From the NCBI GenBank assembly GCA_045586905.1, contig JAZNBF010000014.1, positions 15,834-79,833 on the forward strand: a stretch of DNA of 64,000 bases. The letters run 5' to 3'. Numbering within the stretch: the first letter of the stretch is position 1; every line of letters begins with the position of its first letter. Both the position numbers and the translations under genes were made by a program. Source of the DNA: Clostridia bacterium. GTDB taxonomy: Bacteria > Bacillota > Clostridia > UMGS1810. Shown piece after piece: positions 43,435-54,059 of this stretch. The notes under the pieces were generated by a model. That model was not told where the DNA came from and did no database searches. It saw nothing but the letters and a program-made list of their open reading frames with translations.

Positions 43435-44223
43435 TTACGACATTCTGCTTGTCACGTTATCGGTGTCGGCAAGTTCGATGACACCGCCGCTTTGATTGTC
43501 GGGGAGTTCGGGAATTATGGCTTTGAGATAGGCTATTTTATATTCGATATTGTCGCCATCTTCTTCACCGTCTATGCCCATGTTGACCAGTGTGTCGGTG
43601 GAAAGAGTCATACGGATGTTGGTAAGGTCTGTAAGGTCGATGCTTTTCACATCGTCAAGCATACCACCGAGCTTGAGCTCTGTGAGGATGCGTGAAATAA
43701 GAGACGAAAGGGATTTTGCATTGTCGGCATCGATTTTCATGTATTGACCGAGTTCCGACTCAGAAAGCTGCACACCAAGTATAACGGGAGCATCCGTCTT
43801 GAGAGGCGATGCAGTGACAATAACCTTGCCGGTTTCATCTACTGCTGTGTAGGTGCCTTTTTCTTTTATGTAGGCACATTCTATTTTTTCATCTACCTCT
43901 ATTGTCACGGTGGAAGGCAGGCTTCTGACGATTTTTACAGAATCTATCTTGCCAAGCTTTTTGATGTTATTCTGTGCTTTTCCGTCGTTGATTTTAAAAA
44001 GGTTGTCGCCTTCCCTGATGCCTGAACGATTTATTATTTCTGATGCTTCAAATTTGATGTTTCCGGAAACATTGATTGTTTTTATTTTGAATATCGGTGA
44101 CATAAGAAGGAGAAGAACAACAACCAAAAAAAGACAAAGTATGCCTGCAATGCGGGCACGCTTAACTGTTGTCTTGTAGGGGGGTTTTTTTCTTTTTGAA
44201 ACACCCTTTTCCTTTTGTGTCAT
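43435..44223 (-). CDS. ftsQ: Cell division protein FtsQ/DivIB (POTRA domain)
   Basis: 262 aa with a basic N-terminus, one TM and a POTRA domain (IKTINVSGNIKFEASEII). It lies between murA and ftsZ. Confidence 0.85.
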   Translation of the reverse strand: MTQKEKGVSKRKKPPYKTTVKRARIAGILCLFLVVVLLLLMSPIFKIKTINVSGNIKFEASEIINRSGIREGDNLFKINDGKAQNNIKKLGKIDSVKIVRSLPSTVTIEVDEKIECAYIKEKGTYTAVDETGKVIVTASPLKTDAPVILGVQLSESELGQYMKIDADNAKSLSSLISRILTELKLGGMLDDVKSIDLTDLTNIRMTLSTDTLVNMGIDGEEDGDNIEYKIAYLKAIIPELPDNQSGGVIELADTDNVTSRMS

Positions 44224-44226
44224 TAT

Positions 44227-45480
44227 TTAATCAACCCTTTCTATTTTTGCTCCCAGTCTTTTTAAATCACTGCAAAGACTTTCATAGCCTCTGTCGATAT
44301 AGTGAATCTGAGAAAGATGAGTTATGCCTTCTGCTCCAAGTGCTGCCACCGTCAGTGAAGCACCGGCACGCAGGTCTTGAGCGTCAACAGATGTACCACG
44401 AAGGCCCAAAACCCCCCTCACGAGAGCAGTGCGGCCTGACAGTTCAATGTCGGCGCCCATTTTTACCAGTCTTTCACAGTGGGAGAGTCTGTTTTCAAAC
44501 ATTTTTTCGCGCACAGAGCCAAAGCCATATGCTGTTGCCATTGATGATATAACAAGAGGCTGACAATCGGTGGGGAAATCAGGATATGGTCCGGTGGATA
44601 CATGGGGAAGGTTTATTAAGCGATTGGTTTTTTCAATATAAAACCCGTTTTTGTGAGGGTTAACCACGAGTCCCATACGCCTGTATTTTGCCAGAACCTG
44701 AGACAATAAAGATGGTGAAATGCCATTAACATCGACACTGCCCCCTGCGCATGACACTGCGGAAACATAGGTTGCCGCAACTATACGGTCGGGGATTACA
44801 ACTACTTCGCCACTTCGGGGATGACGGGTGCCTTTTATGTGTATTTCACTTGTACCGTCACCTTTTACACACACCCCTATTGAACGGAGGTAGTCGGCAA
44901 GGTTCTGAATTTCAGGCTCTCTTGCAGCATTGGTTATTATGGTAGTCAGCGGAGAGAGCGATGTTGCAAGCATTATGTTTTCGGTGGCTCCCACCGACGG
45001 GAAATCGAGATTTATCTTGCATGGAATTATGTGACGTGATGTGCATAATATACCATCAGGTCTGAAAGAAACATCTGCACCAAGCGCCTTAAAGGCTTTC
45101 AGGTGAAGGTCTATGGGACGCTTGCCGATTGAGCAGCCTCCGCTGCCTGAAATGAACGCTCTGCCCGTACGTGCCAGAAGAGCACCTGCAAAGAGGCATG
45201 AGCTGCGCGTCTCATTCATACAGGAGAAAGGAATATCTCTTTTGGAAATGTTGGACGAATCAACTGTCAGGGTTCTGCCTTTTCTTTCCACCTTGCACCC
45301 GAGAAATTCAAGTATATTTATTATGCTTTCCACATCGGAAAGATGGGGGAAATTATGTATTGTACTTTTGCCGCCATTGAGGATGGTTGCGGCAAGAATT
45401 GGAAGAACGGCATTTTTGCAGCCGTGAACACATATGCTCCCGTGGAGCGGTGTGCCACCTTCAATTTTGTAATGGCTCAT
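44227..45480 (-). CDS. murA: UDP-N-acetylglucosamine 1-carboxyvinyltransferase (MurA paralog inside the dcw cluster)
   Basis: 417 aa (GCKNAVLPILAA, active-site region GGCSIGKRPIDLHL, C-terminal YIDRGYE). Confidence 0.92.
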   Translation of the reverse strand: MSHYKIEGGTPLHGSICVHGCKNAVLPILAATILNGGKSTIHNFPHLSDVESIINILEFLGCKVERKGRTLTVDSSNISKRDIPFSCMNETRSSCLFAGALLARTGRAFISGSGGCSIGKRPIDLHLKAFKALGADVSFRPDGILCTSRHIIPCKINLDFPSVGATENIMLATSLSPLTTIITNAAREPEIQNLADYLRSIGVCVKGDGTSEIHIKGTRHPRSGEVVVIPDRIVAATYVSAVSCAGGSVDVNGISPSLLSQVLAKYRRMGLVVNPHKNGFYIEKTNRLINLPHVSTGPYPDFPTDCQPLVISSMATAYGFGSVREKMFENRLSHCERLVKMGADIELSGRTALVRGVLGLRGTSVDAQDLRAGASLTVAALGAEGITHLSQIHYIDRGYESLCSDLKRLGAKIERVD

Positions 45481-45560
45481 ATGAGCACCTCCGAGCAGTA
45501 ATAGAAGAATTATCTTATATTATGCACGGAGCGCCTGTTGTGTTACGGTATATAGATAGT

Positions 45561-45614
45561 GTAAGCTCCGCAATTGGATGGTAGATAGGTAGGAAGTAGG
45601 ATTGCGGAGCTTAC
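45561..45614. repeat. 14-bp inverted repeat with a 26-nt loop downstream of murG
   Basis: GTAAGCTCCGCAAT (45561-74) / ATTGCGGAGCTTAC (45601-14). There is no U-tract, so the function is unclear. Confidence 0.5.
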
Positions 45615-45626
45615 AGGGAGTAAATG

Positions 45627-46724
45627 CTAAATTAATTCCAGTATTTTTTTGTATATGATATCAAGTGCATCAACACAGCCGAGAAGTGATGACTGATGCT
45701 TCATTTTTTTCATTGCCTCATCATCGAAAAGGACCGAGTCGAGTGCACTTTTGAGCGAAGACAGATTGAAATCTTTTTCTAAAATTGTTATAGCGCCGCC
45801 ACGGTCTGAAATAGCACGGGCGTTGTGCTCCTGATGATTGTTTGTAACATTTGGCGACGGAACAAATACTGCGGGCTTTGCAAGCGCGCTGAGTTCAGAC
45901 ACCGTGATGGCACCTGAGCGGCAAACTGCTATGTCTGCTGCATTCATCGCCTCGTTCATGTTGTGAATATAGGGAACGATATCGGCATGAGGAGAGATGG
46001 GAATTTTCATTTCCCCTGCTTTTTTCATGACAGATTCATAGTTTCTTTCACCTGTTGCAAAAATAACTTTTATGCGGTCGTTTTCTGTCAGAGAACTGAT
46101 ATATTCAAGAGCCACCCTGTTTATGGTGTCGGCTCCGAGACTGCCTCCAAAAATGAGAACGAGCTTTTCATCACCCACACCCATTGCCTTGCGCGCCTCG
46201 CTCGTGGAAGTGGTAAGGATTTCGGGACGAATGGGATTGCCCGTAAAAAGAATATTTCGGGCATCTTTAAGATATTTGCGGCTGTCTTCAAAGCTTATGG
46301 CAGTAACAGTCGATTTTCTGGAAAGCATGTTGATTGCTTTGCCGGGAAAAACATTTTGCTCGTGAATTATGGTCGGAATATTCATGGAATTTGCCGCCAT
46401 GACACTCGGGGCGCAGACATATCCGCCTGTGCCTATGACAATGTCGGGGCAAAAGCTTTTTATTATTTTTTTGCATTTACTTTTTGCAGTGATGAGATTG
46501 CAAAAAGATTTGATGTTGGCAAGTGTCAGCTTTTTGGAAAGGCCTTGCACACTTACATATTCGATATTGTAGCCGGCCTTTGGCACAAGTGTGCTTTCGA
46601 GGCCGCGGGGAGTACCGATGAAGAGAAATTCAGCATCGGGATTTTTGGATTTTATATGGTCAGCAATGGCAAGTGCAGGATTGATGTGGCCTGCAGTGCC
46701 GCCGCCTGAAAGAAGAACTTTCAT
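45627..46724 (-). CDS. murG: Lipid II synthase MurG
   Basis: GGTAGHINPALAI and the C-terminal glycosyltransferase-28 region; 365 aa. Confidence 0.95.
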   Translation of the reverse strand: MKVLLSGGGTAGHINPALAIADHIKSKNPDAEFLFIGTPRGLESTLVPKAGYNIEYVSVQGLSKKLTLANIKSFCNLITAKSKCKKIIKSFCPDIVIGTGGYVCAPSVMAANSMNIPTIIHEQNVFPGKAINMLSRKSTVTAISFEDSRKYLKDARNILFTGNPIRPEILTTSTSEARKAMGVGDEKLVLIFGGSLGADTINRVALEYISSLTENDRIKVIFATGERNYESVMKKAGEMKIPISPHADIVPYIHNMNEAMNAADIAVCRSGAITVSELSALAKPAVFVPSPNVTNNHQEHNARAISDRGGAITILEKDFNLSSLKSALDSVLFDDEAMKKMKHQSSLLGCVDALDIIYKKILELI

Positions 46725-46741
46725 TTTTCTTTCCTCCGTCG

Positions 46742-47860
46742 TCAGAGTTCACATTCTCTCGAAACAGATAAAACCACGCCCATCTGGGCAAGGATGAACA
46801 CAAGTGATGTGCCGCCATAGCTGAAAAACGGCAAGGGCATGCCCGTGGCAGGCATTGATGAGGTTACAACAGCAATGTTGAGAATAACCTGAACTGCTAT
46901 GAGTCCGATTATGCCAAGCACAGTGAGCTTTGAAAAACGGTCGGGTGCGTTACATGCGATTTTTATACCCTTCCATAAAAGAAGCACAAACAAAAGTATC
47001 ATAAGAGCAGCACCGATAAAACCGAGTTCTTCGCATATGACCGAAAAAACAAAATCGTTTTGTGCCTCTGGGAGATAGAGATATTTTTGTCGGCTCTGAC
47101 CAAGTCCCAATCCGAAAAAGCCGCCACTTCCTATGGCATAAAGAGACTGAACTATCTGATAGCCTTCTGCCTGTTTGTATTTGAAAGGATCGAGAAATGC
47201 TAAAAATCGGTCGGTACGATATTCGGCGCTGAAAATTGCTATGGCAAGTACTGCCACAGCGGGCAAACCTATTGCAAGAAAATGACCGAGCTTTGCCCCT
47301 GCTGCCCACAGTATAAGAAAACCTGTGAGAGCAATTACAACTGCGCCGCTGAGGTGAGGTTCGATGAATACCAGAAGTGCCATAAAACCGATGATGCATA
47401 CATATGGTAAAAACCCTTTGGCAAAGGTTTTGAGTGCTTCGCCATTGATGGAAAGACTGCGTGCAAGAAAAGCTATTATGGCAAACTTGGCCACCTCAGA
47501 GGGCTGAAAGCTCACTGCTCCAAAGCCAAGCCATCTTTTTGCACCCTTTGCCTCTATACCTACAAGGGGAACCAAAACCAGCATGATTATGGTTATGACC
47601 ATGAGATGAAGTGCATATTTGTAAATTGTTTTATAGGAAATGCGGGAAATCAGAAGCATGGTAATTACACCTATGATTGCCCACGCGAACTGTCTTTTTA
47701 TGAAGTAGTAGGCATCGCCGAACTGATAGTGAGCTGATGCACTGCTTGCACTAAAAACCATAATAAGGCCATAGCAAAGAAGAATCAGCACTACTGCCAG
47801 AAATGAATAGTCCATTTTCTTTTGTGGTTTTAAGCTAAAATGAATCTGCTTTGTGCCCAA
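46742..47860 (-). CDS. ftsW: SEDS-family peptidoglycan polymerase FtsW/SpoVE
   Basis: 372 aa and polytopic (QPSE..K, PEAQNDFVF, GLIGLIAVQ, MPATGMPLPFFSYGGTS). TTG start 6 nt after AGGAGGAG. Confidence 0.92.
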   Translation of the reverse strand: MGTKQIHFSLKPQKKMDYSFLAVVLILLCYGLIMVFSASSASAHYQFGDAYYFIKRQFAWAIIGVITMLLISRISYKTIYKYALHLMVITIIMLVLVPLVGIEAKGAKRWLGFGAVSFQPSEVAKFAIIAFLARSLSINGEALKTFAKGFLPYVCIIGFMALLVFIEPHLSGAVVIALTGFLILWAAGAKLGHFLAIGLPAVAVLAIAIFSAEYRTDRFLAFLDPFKYKQAEGYQIVQSLYAIGSGGFFGLGLGQSRQKYLYLPEAQNDFVFSVICEELGFIGAALMILLFVLLLWKGIKIACNAPDRFSKLTVLGIIGLIAVQVILNIAVVTSSMPATGMPLPFFSYGGTSLVFILAQMGVVLSVSRECEL

Positions 47861-47881
47861 TCTGGTCTCCTCCTGTCAATT

Positions 47882-48841
47882 TTATACGGTGGCAAAATAT
47901 GCCAGAGCACACAGTGCTATTGTAACAAGTGATGCAACAGCCACAATGCGCACCTCGCTCCATCCACACATTTCAAAATGATGATGAACGGGGCTCATTT
48001 TAAACACCCTCTTGCCTGTTCTTTTGAACCAGAAAACCTGGATTATTACAGAAAGTGTTTCAAAAACATATACACCACCTGCAACGATAAGTATCAGCGG
48101 ATTTTTCATGAGAAGTGCATTGGAACACACGAGGCCTCCGAGGAAAAGCGAGCCTGTGTCACCCATGAAAATTCTGGCAGGATGACGGTTGAAAACCAGA
48201 AATCCCAAAAGAGATGCAAGAGCAATCACATTGACACATGCGATGTCTCTCATTCCCATACGGTATGCCAAAATGGCAAAAAAGATGCATACAACTGAGG
48301 TTACAGATGTAGCAAGACCGTCGACACCGTCGGTAAGATTGACACTGTTTGTGGTGCCAATCAAAACAAAAAGTGCAAGGGGAATGTATAGATACGAAAA
48401 ATCAATGTATGTTTTGAAAAAAGGAATAAATACTTTTGTGTCGATAAGCCTTAGGTGGTAAAGAGAGATGTATATAAAAAGGATTGAAAACAAAAGCTGG
48501 AGCAGAAATTTCTGCTTTTCTGTGAGCCCAAGATTGCGTTTTTTCACAACCTTGATGTAGTCATCGATGAAACCAACCAAACCGAACGACAAGGCAAAAA
48601 GAACCAGTGAAACAGCAAAAGTTGTGCGGACAAAAAGAAGTGTGCACACGAGTATGGGCAAAATAAAGATTACTCCGCCCATGGTGGGAGTGCCGCTTTT
48701 TTTCTTGTGCCAGTCGGGACCGATTTCTCTTATTTCCTGTCCGAATTTGAGACGGTGAAAAAGCGGAATCAGAAACGGTGCCGAAACCACTGCAATCACA
48801 AATGCTATTACTGCTGAAACAATCATTATGTTGTTAGTCAT
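47882..48841 (-). CDS. mraY: Phospho-N-acetylmuramoyl-pentapeptide transferase MraY
   Basis: 319 aa (KKSGTPTMGG, NLTDGVDGLA, GDTGSL, VHHHFE). Confidence 0.96.
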   Translation of the reverse strand: MTNNIMIVSAVIAFVIAVVSAPFLIPLFHRLKFGQEIREIGPDWHKKKSGTPTMGGVIFILPILVCTLLFVRTTFAVSLVLFALSFGLVGFIDDYIKVVKKRNLGLTEKQKFLLQLLFSILFIYISLYHLRLIDTKVFIPFFKTYIDFSYLYIPLALFVLIGTTNSVNLTDGVDGLATSVTSVVCIFFAILAYRMGMRDIACVNVIALASLLGFLVFNRHPARIFMGDTGSLFLGGLVCSNALLMKNPLILIVAGGVYVFETLSVIIQVFWFKRTGKRVFKMSPVHHHFEMCGWSEVRIVAVASLVTIALCALAYFATV

Positions 48842-48862
48842 ATTACATCACCTTAAGTGTTT

Positions 48863-50218
48863 TTATATGAGTTTTTCTGCTATACACTCCATCTTCATGC
48901 ATCGGGAGCCTTTTATGAGAAGAGCATCATCTTTCTCTATAAAATCGTTTAAAAATTCTGCTGCCAGAGGAGATGTGGCAAAATGATAGTGCTGACTGCA
49001 TTTTGCCTCTTTTGCTATATGCAAAGAGTTTGTACCCACAGTTATGAGAACATCTACACCCGAGCTTTCCATAGCTTTGCCGACACTCGAGTGAAGTTCC
49101 TCGGATTTGTCTCCAAGCTCTGCTATATCACCGAGCACAGCAATTTTGCGATTTGCTTTGACATTGCAGAGAACCTTCAGCGCTGCTATCGCAGACTGAG
49201 GACTTGAATTGTAGCAGTCGTTTATGAGCTTATAGCCATTGACTGAGATTATATTTTGTCTTATGCCTTCTGCTCTGTAAAGCGCAAGACCGTCGGAGAT
49301 TTGTGCGTGGCTGAGGCCGAGCATTCTGCCGAGAGCTATTGCCGAAAGAGCATTGTATACATTGTGAGTGCCTGCGAGGTTTATGGAATATGCCTCTGAG
49401 TCCACCTTAAAGGTGCATCCTGTTTCGTCTGTGGAAATATCGGTTGCAACGTAGTCGCAATCTTTGTTGTTTATGCCAACATAGCAAACATTAAATGAAG
49501 TAAGTGAATTTTTCAGAGAGAGAAGATATGGATCATCACCGTTTAAAATGACTTTTCCGCCTTCTTTGAGACCGGAAAAAATTTCACTTTTTGCTTTGAG
49601 AATACCCTCCTGTGAACCTAAAAATTCAATGTGGGAGGTGCCGATGTTGGTTATGATGGCAAAATCGGGCAAAGCGCACTGCGACAAAACTTCTATTTCG
49701 CCAAAATTTGACATACCCATTTCTATAACTGCTATTTCATGCTCTTCGGAAAGGCCAAAAAGTGTAAGCGGAACGCCGATGTTGTTGTTGAAATTGCCTT
49801 TAGTGAAGTGGGTGTTGTATTTACGTGAAAGAACCGATGCCACAAGCTCCTTGGTTGTGGTTTTGCCCACGCTTCCCGTGAGAGCTATCACAGGAATGTT
49901 GAATCTCTGACGATAAAAAGAAGCTATGCTCACAAGAGCTTTGGAAGTGTCTTCCACGCGTATGGCAAACGGACAATCGAAAAAGCTTACATCTTCTGAA
50001 AATATATAGCCTCCGACACCCGCCGAGCAAACATCGGGCAGAAAGGAATGTCCGTCGAAACGTTCACCCTTAAGGGGTATAAAAAGTGCATCTTCCCTCA
50101 CAGTGCGGCTGTCACAGCTTATAGCAGAAATTTCTGCATCTCCGTCGCCGAATACAATGGTGCCGCCTGTGGCAAGGGCAATATCTGAAGCTTTAATGGT
50201 GCGTATTGGATATAACAT
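48863..50218 (-). CDS. murF: UDP-MurNAc-tripeptide--D-Ala-D-Ala ligase MurF
   Basis: 451 aa, P-loop TGSVGKTTTKE, Mur ligase layout. Confidence 0.93.
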   Translation of the reverse strand: MLYPIRTIKASDIALATGGTIVFGDGDAEISAISCDSRTVREDALFIPLKGERFDGHSFLPDVCSAGVGGYIFSEDVSFFDCPFAIRVEDTSKALVSIASFYRQRFNIPVIALTGSVGKTTTKELVASVLSRKYNTHFTKGNFNNNIGVPLTLFGLSEEHEIAVIEMGMSNFGEIEVLSQCALPDFAIITNIGTSHIEFLGSQEGILKAKSEIFSGLKEGGKVILNGDDPYLLSLKNSLTSFNVCYVGINNKDCDYVATDISTDETGCTFKVDSEAYSINLAGTHNVYNALSAIALGRMLGLSHAQISDGLALYRAEGIRQNIISVNGYKLINDCYNSSPQSAIAALKVLCNVKANRKIAVLGDIAELGDKSEELHSSVGKAMESSGVDVLITVGTNSLHIAKEAKCSQHYHFATSPLAAEFLNDFIEKDDALLIKGSRCMKMECIAEKLI

Positions 50219-50280
50219 ATATATGACCTCTCACATACAGAACCGGAAGATGTAAAACACACATCTTTACATGTGTCGGA

Positions 50281-51717
50281 TTATTTTCTTTCGGCCAAAA
50301 TCTCTCTGACTACTTCTCTTTCGTCAAAATGTATGGTGCCTGAATTGAGTATCTGATAGGTTTCGTGACCTTTGCCTGCCAGAACTATGCAGTCGCCCTC
50401 CCTGGCATTGTCGAGAGCGTATTTTATGGCTTCGCGCCGGTTTTCTATAACAACATAGGGGCAATCGGTTTTTTTGACGCCTTCTTCAACCATGGCAATT
50501 ATTTTCAGGGGTTCTTCTGTGCGCGGATTGTCACTTGTTACAACACAAAAATCTGCCATTTTGCCGGCTATCTCGCCCATGATAGGACGTTTTGTGTTGT
50601 CACGGTCTCCGCCGCAACCAAACACTATAACAACTCTGCCCTTTGCAAAACCTTTTACTGCCGAGAGGATGTTTTCTATACCGTCGGGAGTGTGGGCATA
50701 GTCTATTATAACTGTATAGTCGGTGAGTGTGGGAACAACCTCTGCCCTGCCTTTTACACCGATGGCAGTTTTCAGCGAGGCTGATATTTTTTCATCATCT
50801 ATCTTAAGAGCTTTGGCTATGCCTATGGCACAGAGTGCATTGTACACCGAAAACTCGCCGGGAATACCGAGATAAAAAGGAGCAGCGCAAAGCTTAAAGC
50901 TGACGCCATCGGACAAAAGAGATATGTTGTCGGCAAAGAGAGAGGCATCTTTGTTTTGTGTGGAATAAGACAGGCACTTTAAAGAGCATTTTTCAATCAT
51001 TTCTTTGCCGAAAGCATCATCGGCATTTATTACTGCAACATCAGAAATTTCCATAAGCTTATATTTTGCATTTGCATAGTTTTGCATTGTTTTGTGGAAA
51101 TCGAGATGATCCTGAGTGAGATTTGTAAAAGCTCCCACTGCATAGTGGCAACCGTACACTCTGTCAAGCTCAAGTGCGTGGGATGAGACCTCCATAACGC
51201 AAAAGTCAACATTCTCATCTGCCATATCGGCAAAAATAGCCTGGAGCTCTATGGAATGAGGGGTTGTTCTTCCTGTTTCTGTAACACGGTCGCCAATCAT
51301 ATTCTGATTGGTGCCGATGAGCCCCACCTTGTAGCCACACTGCTCAAGGATGTGTTTTACAAGATAGGTGACTGTGGTCTTGCCATTTGTGCCTGTTATG
51401 CCTATGAGTCTGAATTTTTTTGACGGATGGCCATAGAAAGCTGAAGAAACTTCTGCTTCTGACCTGCGGCTGTTTTTGACAATTATCTGAGGAACACAAA
51501 GCCCCGGTGTGCTTTCTTCGCACACAACTGCCGATGCTCCGTTTTCAACAGCTTTTTTGATATATTTGTGACCATCGGTCTGAAATCCGCGAACTGCCAC
51601 AAAAAGCGTGCCTTGTGTACATTCACGGGAATCGTTGGTGACGGAAGTTATTTCGGGATTATCAGTTCCGATTATTTCTGTTATTGGTAAGCTTTTCAGT
51701 ATTTCGTTCAACTTCAA
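50281..51717 (-). CDS. murE: UDP-MurNAc-L-Ala-D-Glu--2,6-diaminopimelate (or Lys) ligase MurE
   Basis: 478 aa, GITGTNGKTT, DYAHTPD and a C-terminal DNPR motif. Confidence 0.93.
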   Translation of the reverse strand: MKLNEILKSLPITEIIGTDNPEITSVTNDSRECTQGTLFVAVRGFQTDGHKYIKKAVENGASAVVCEESTPGLCVPQIIVKNSRRSEAEVSSAFYGHPSKKFRLIGITGTNGKTTVTYLVKHILEQCGYKVGLIGTNQNMIGDRVTETGRTTPHSIELQAIFADMADENVDFCVMEVSSHALELDRVYGCHYAVGAFTNLTQDHLDFHKTMQNYANAKYKLMEISDVAVINADDAFGKEMIEKCSLKCLSYSTQNKDASLFADNISLLSDGVSFKLCAAPFYLGIPGEFSVYNALCAIGIAKALKIDDEKISASLKTAIGVKGRAEVVPTLTDYTVIIDYAHTPDGIENILSAVKGFAKGRVVIVFGCGGDRDNTKRPIMGEIAGKMADFCVVTSDNPRTEEPLKIIAMVEEGVKKTDCPYVVIENRREAIKYALDNAREGDCIVLAGKGHETYQILNSGTIHFDEREVVREILAERK

Positions 51718-51737
51718 GGCAAATGCATCTCCTTTAT

Positions 51738-53906
51738 TTAGTGAACATTTGTGGTGTAGTTGTATTCTACTGTTACAACACTTCCACGGGGAACCTCTGT
51801 GCCTGCTGGAGGATCTTGTGTGCCAACAAGTACAGATGTGCTGACAGTGTTGGAACCGTTAACCTTCATGTTGAGGCCCGTGTTTATCAGGAGCTGATTG
51901 GCATCGGACGCAAAGTAACCGTGAAGATCGGGTACTACAACATAATCGTCTTCTGTTTCTTCAGTGTACATGATGACAAGTGCATTATTTCCAAGCGCAG
52001 TGCCCGCAACCGGACTCTGTGACACGATTTTGTCGCCTTCGCCGATAATGGTATATTTGAGGCCTGATTCGCCCACGAGTGACTTTGCCTCGTCGAGTGT
52101 CTTGCCCGAAAGATTGGGAACGAAATTGTATTCCTGAGTGCTGTCGCTTTCAATTTGCAGATGGATGAGTACATCTGCCATAATTTCCTTGAATGTGGGA
52201 GCAGCAATCTGACCACCCATATAAGAACTTCCCATTGGCTCGTCGAGCATTACAAGACAGATGACTTCGGGATCGTTGGCAGGGGCAAAGCCCACAAATG
52301 AAGCAACATATTTCCCGTTTCCACGGGGAGTCTTTTCACTGGTGCCCGTTTTGCCTGCTATGTGATAGCCTTCTATGTAGGCGTTTTTGCTGGTACCTTC
52401 TGCTGCTACGCCTTCGAGAATCTGACACACTGTGTCGGCAGTTTCTTTGCTTATTACCTGCCTTGTGGTTTGTGTGCCGAAATTTTTTATGACATTGCCA
52501 TCATCGTCGACCAATGATTTGATGAGATGCGGTTTAACCATGGTGCCATCATTGGTTATTGCCGAATAGGCAGTGATGAGCTGAAGAGGTGTTACAGTGA
52601 AGCCCTGTCCGAATGATGCTGTGGCAAGCTCTGCCTCGTTGAATCGATCCATAGAATGAAACAGACCGTCAGCCTCACCGGGAAGGTCAAAGCCTGTGGC
52701 TTTTCCAAAGCCGAAAGCTTTGTAATATTTATAGAATTTTGTTGCGCCGAGTCTTGAACCTATTGACATGAACACGGGGTTGCAGGAGTTGTAGACACCC
52801 TGAACAAAGGTCTCGGTGCCATGACCTTCGGTTTTCCAGCAACCGATATTGTAATTTGCCACACGGACTGAACCTGTGCAAACGAAATTTTCGCCAAGGC
52901 TTACAAGATTTTCTTCAAGCGCCATTGCGGCTACCATCGCTTTGAATGTGGAACCGGGCTCATAGGAGTCGACCACTGCTTTGTTACGCCATTGACGGTT
53001 GAGAGCATCGGAGGTTTTTTGCTGACGTTCCTTATCGTCTTCTATCGCTTTTATCTGTTCTCTGAGCTCCTCGTCAACTATGGTGTAGGCATTGTTAAGA
53101 TCGAATGTGGGATAGGTTGCCATTGCAAGTATCTCACCCGTTTTTGCACCCATAATGATGCAGGATGCACCGTTTGTTACATTATAGTTTTCTACTGCTT
53201 TTTTTAAAGCATCTTCTGCTTTTCGCTGAATAATCTCATCGAGAGTGAGCACAACGTTTACACCGTTTTCGGGATCGACATATTTTTCATATTCGTAAGG
53301 CATGTTGGTGCCTGCGGCATTCTGAGCAGTAATGATTTTGCCCGGAAGGCCTTTGAGATAGTTCTCATATATCATTTCTATTCCCGCAAGGCCCTGACTG
53401 TCTTCACCGACAAAGCCTATGACATGAGAAGCCAGTGAACCACCCGGATAGTATCTTTTGAAGTCTTCAACCAGAATTACACCAGGCAGTTTCTTTTCTT
53501 TTATTTTTGCCGCCTGATCTCTGTCTATTCTTTTTTTGATAATTTCATATTTTGAGTCGCGTGCAAGATATGAATATACCTTGTCCTTGTCCATGCCGAG
53601 AATTGATGCGAGCTCCGTTGCAACCTCATTGGTTTTGCCAACCTCGCGAATTGCCGAGGGGTTTACCGTAACTGTCTCGGCAGAAGAACTCTGGGCAAGC
53701 ACCTTTAAATTTCTGTCGTATATTGTGCCTCTTTTGGAGGTTATGGCCATATCTTTGGTTTGTTGCATTGCAGCTTCACGGCTGTATTGTTTGCCGTCTA
53801 TGGCCTGTATCCAGGCAACTCTTACAAGAAGCAGTGCAAGTAGCGCAACTGCCCCTATCAGTATTGTTATGATTCTGTGTTGAATGCTGGTGCCTGTTTT
53901 TTTCAT
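51738..53906 (-). CDS. Class B penicillin-binding protein (FtsI/SpoVD type) with two PASTA domains
   Basis: SxxK (GSTFK), SxN (SCN) and KTG (KTGTS) motifs plus two C-terminal PASTA repeats. I prefer ATG 53906 (MKKTGTS...) over the track's 53981. Confidence 0.92.
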   Translation of the reverse strand: MKKTGTSIQHRIITILIGAVALLALLLVRVAWIQAIDGKQYSREAAMQQTKDMAITSKRGTIYDRNLKVLAQSSSAETVTVNPSAIREVGKTNEVATELASILGMDKDKVYSYLARDSKYEIIKKRIDRDQAAKIKEKKLPGVILVEDFKRYYPGGSLASHVIGFVGEDSQGLAGIEMIYENYLKGLPGKIITAQNAAGTNMPYEYEKYVDPENGVNVVLTLDEIIQRKAEDALKKAVENYNVTNGASCIIMGAKTGEILAMATYPTFDLNNAYTIVDEELREQIKAIEDDKERQQKTSDALNRQWRNKAVVDSYEPGSTFKAMVAAMALEENLVSLGENFVCTGSVRVANYNIGCWKTEGHGTETFVQGVYNSCNPVFMSIGSRLGATKFYKYYKAFGFGKATGFDLPGEADGLFHSMDRFNEAELATASFGQGFTVTPLQLITAYSAITNDGTMVKPHLIKSLVDDDGNVIKNFGTQTTRQVISKETADTVCQILEGVAAEGTSKNAYIEGYHIAGKTGTSEKTPRGNGKYVASFVGFAPANDPEVICLVMLDEPMGSSYMGGQIAAPTFKEIMADVLIHLQIESDSTQEYNFVPNLSGKTLDEAKSLVGESGLKYTIIGEGDKIVSQSPVAGTALGNNALVIMYTEETEDDYVVVPDLHGYFASDANQLLINTGLNMKVNGSNTVSTSVLVGTQDPPAGTEVPRGSVVTVEYNYTTNVH

Positions 53907-54059
53907 GAAAAATGCCCCTTTTTGTTGTGAGAGTGGCAAAAAATCTGTTAGCCCCGAAAGGCAAGCACCCAAATCGGCCAAAAAATATTTTGTCCTTATT
54001 GGGCAGTATAGCCGTCGGGGAAATTCCGACGGCTTCGTTTACTTTAGTATATTTATATT

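Noticed and set aside
44227-45480. Two murA genes as evidence of horizontal transfer or duplication novelty.
   Set aside because: Two MurA paralogs (murAA/murAB type) are standard in low-GC Gram-positives. They are recorded only as part of the dcw synteny note.
45963-46709. A 248-aa plus-strand ORF in the track.
   Set aside because: It is entirely antisense to murG, which has unambiguous motifs. It has low-complexity composition and no SD. It is a shadow ORF.
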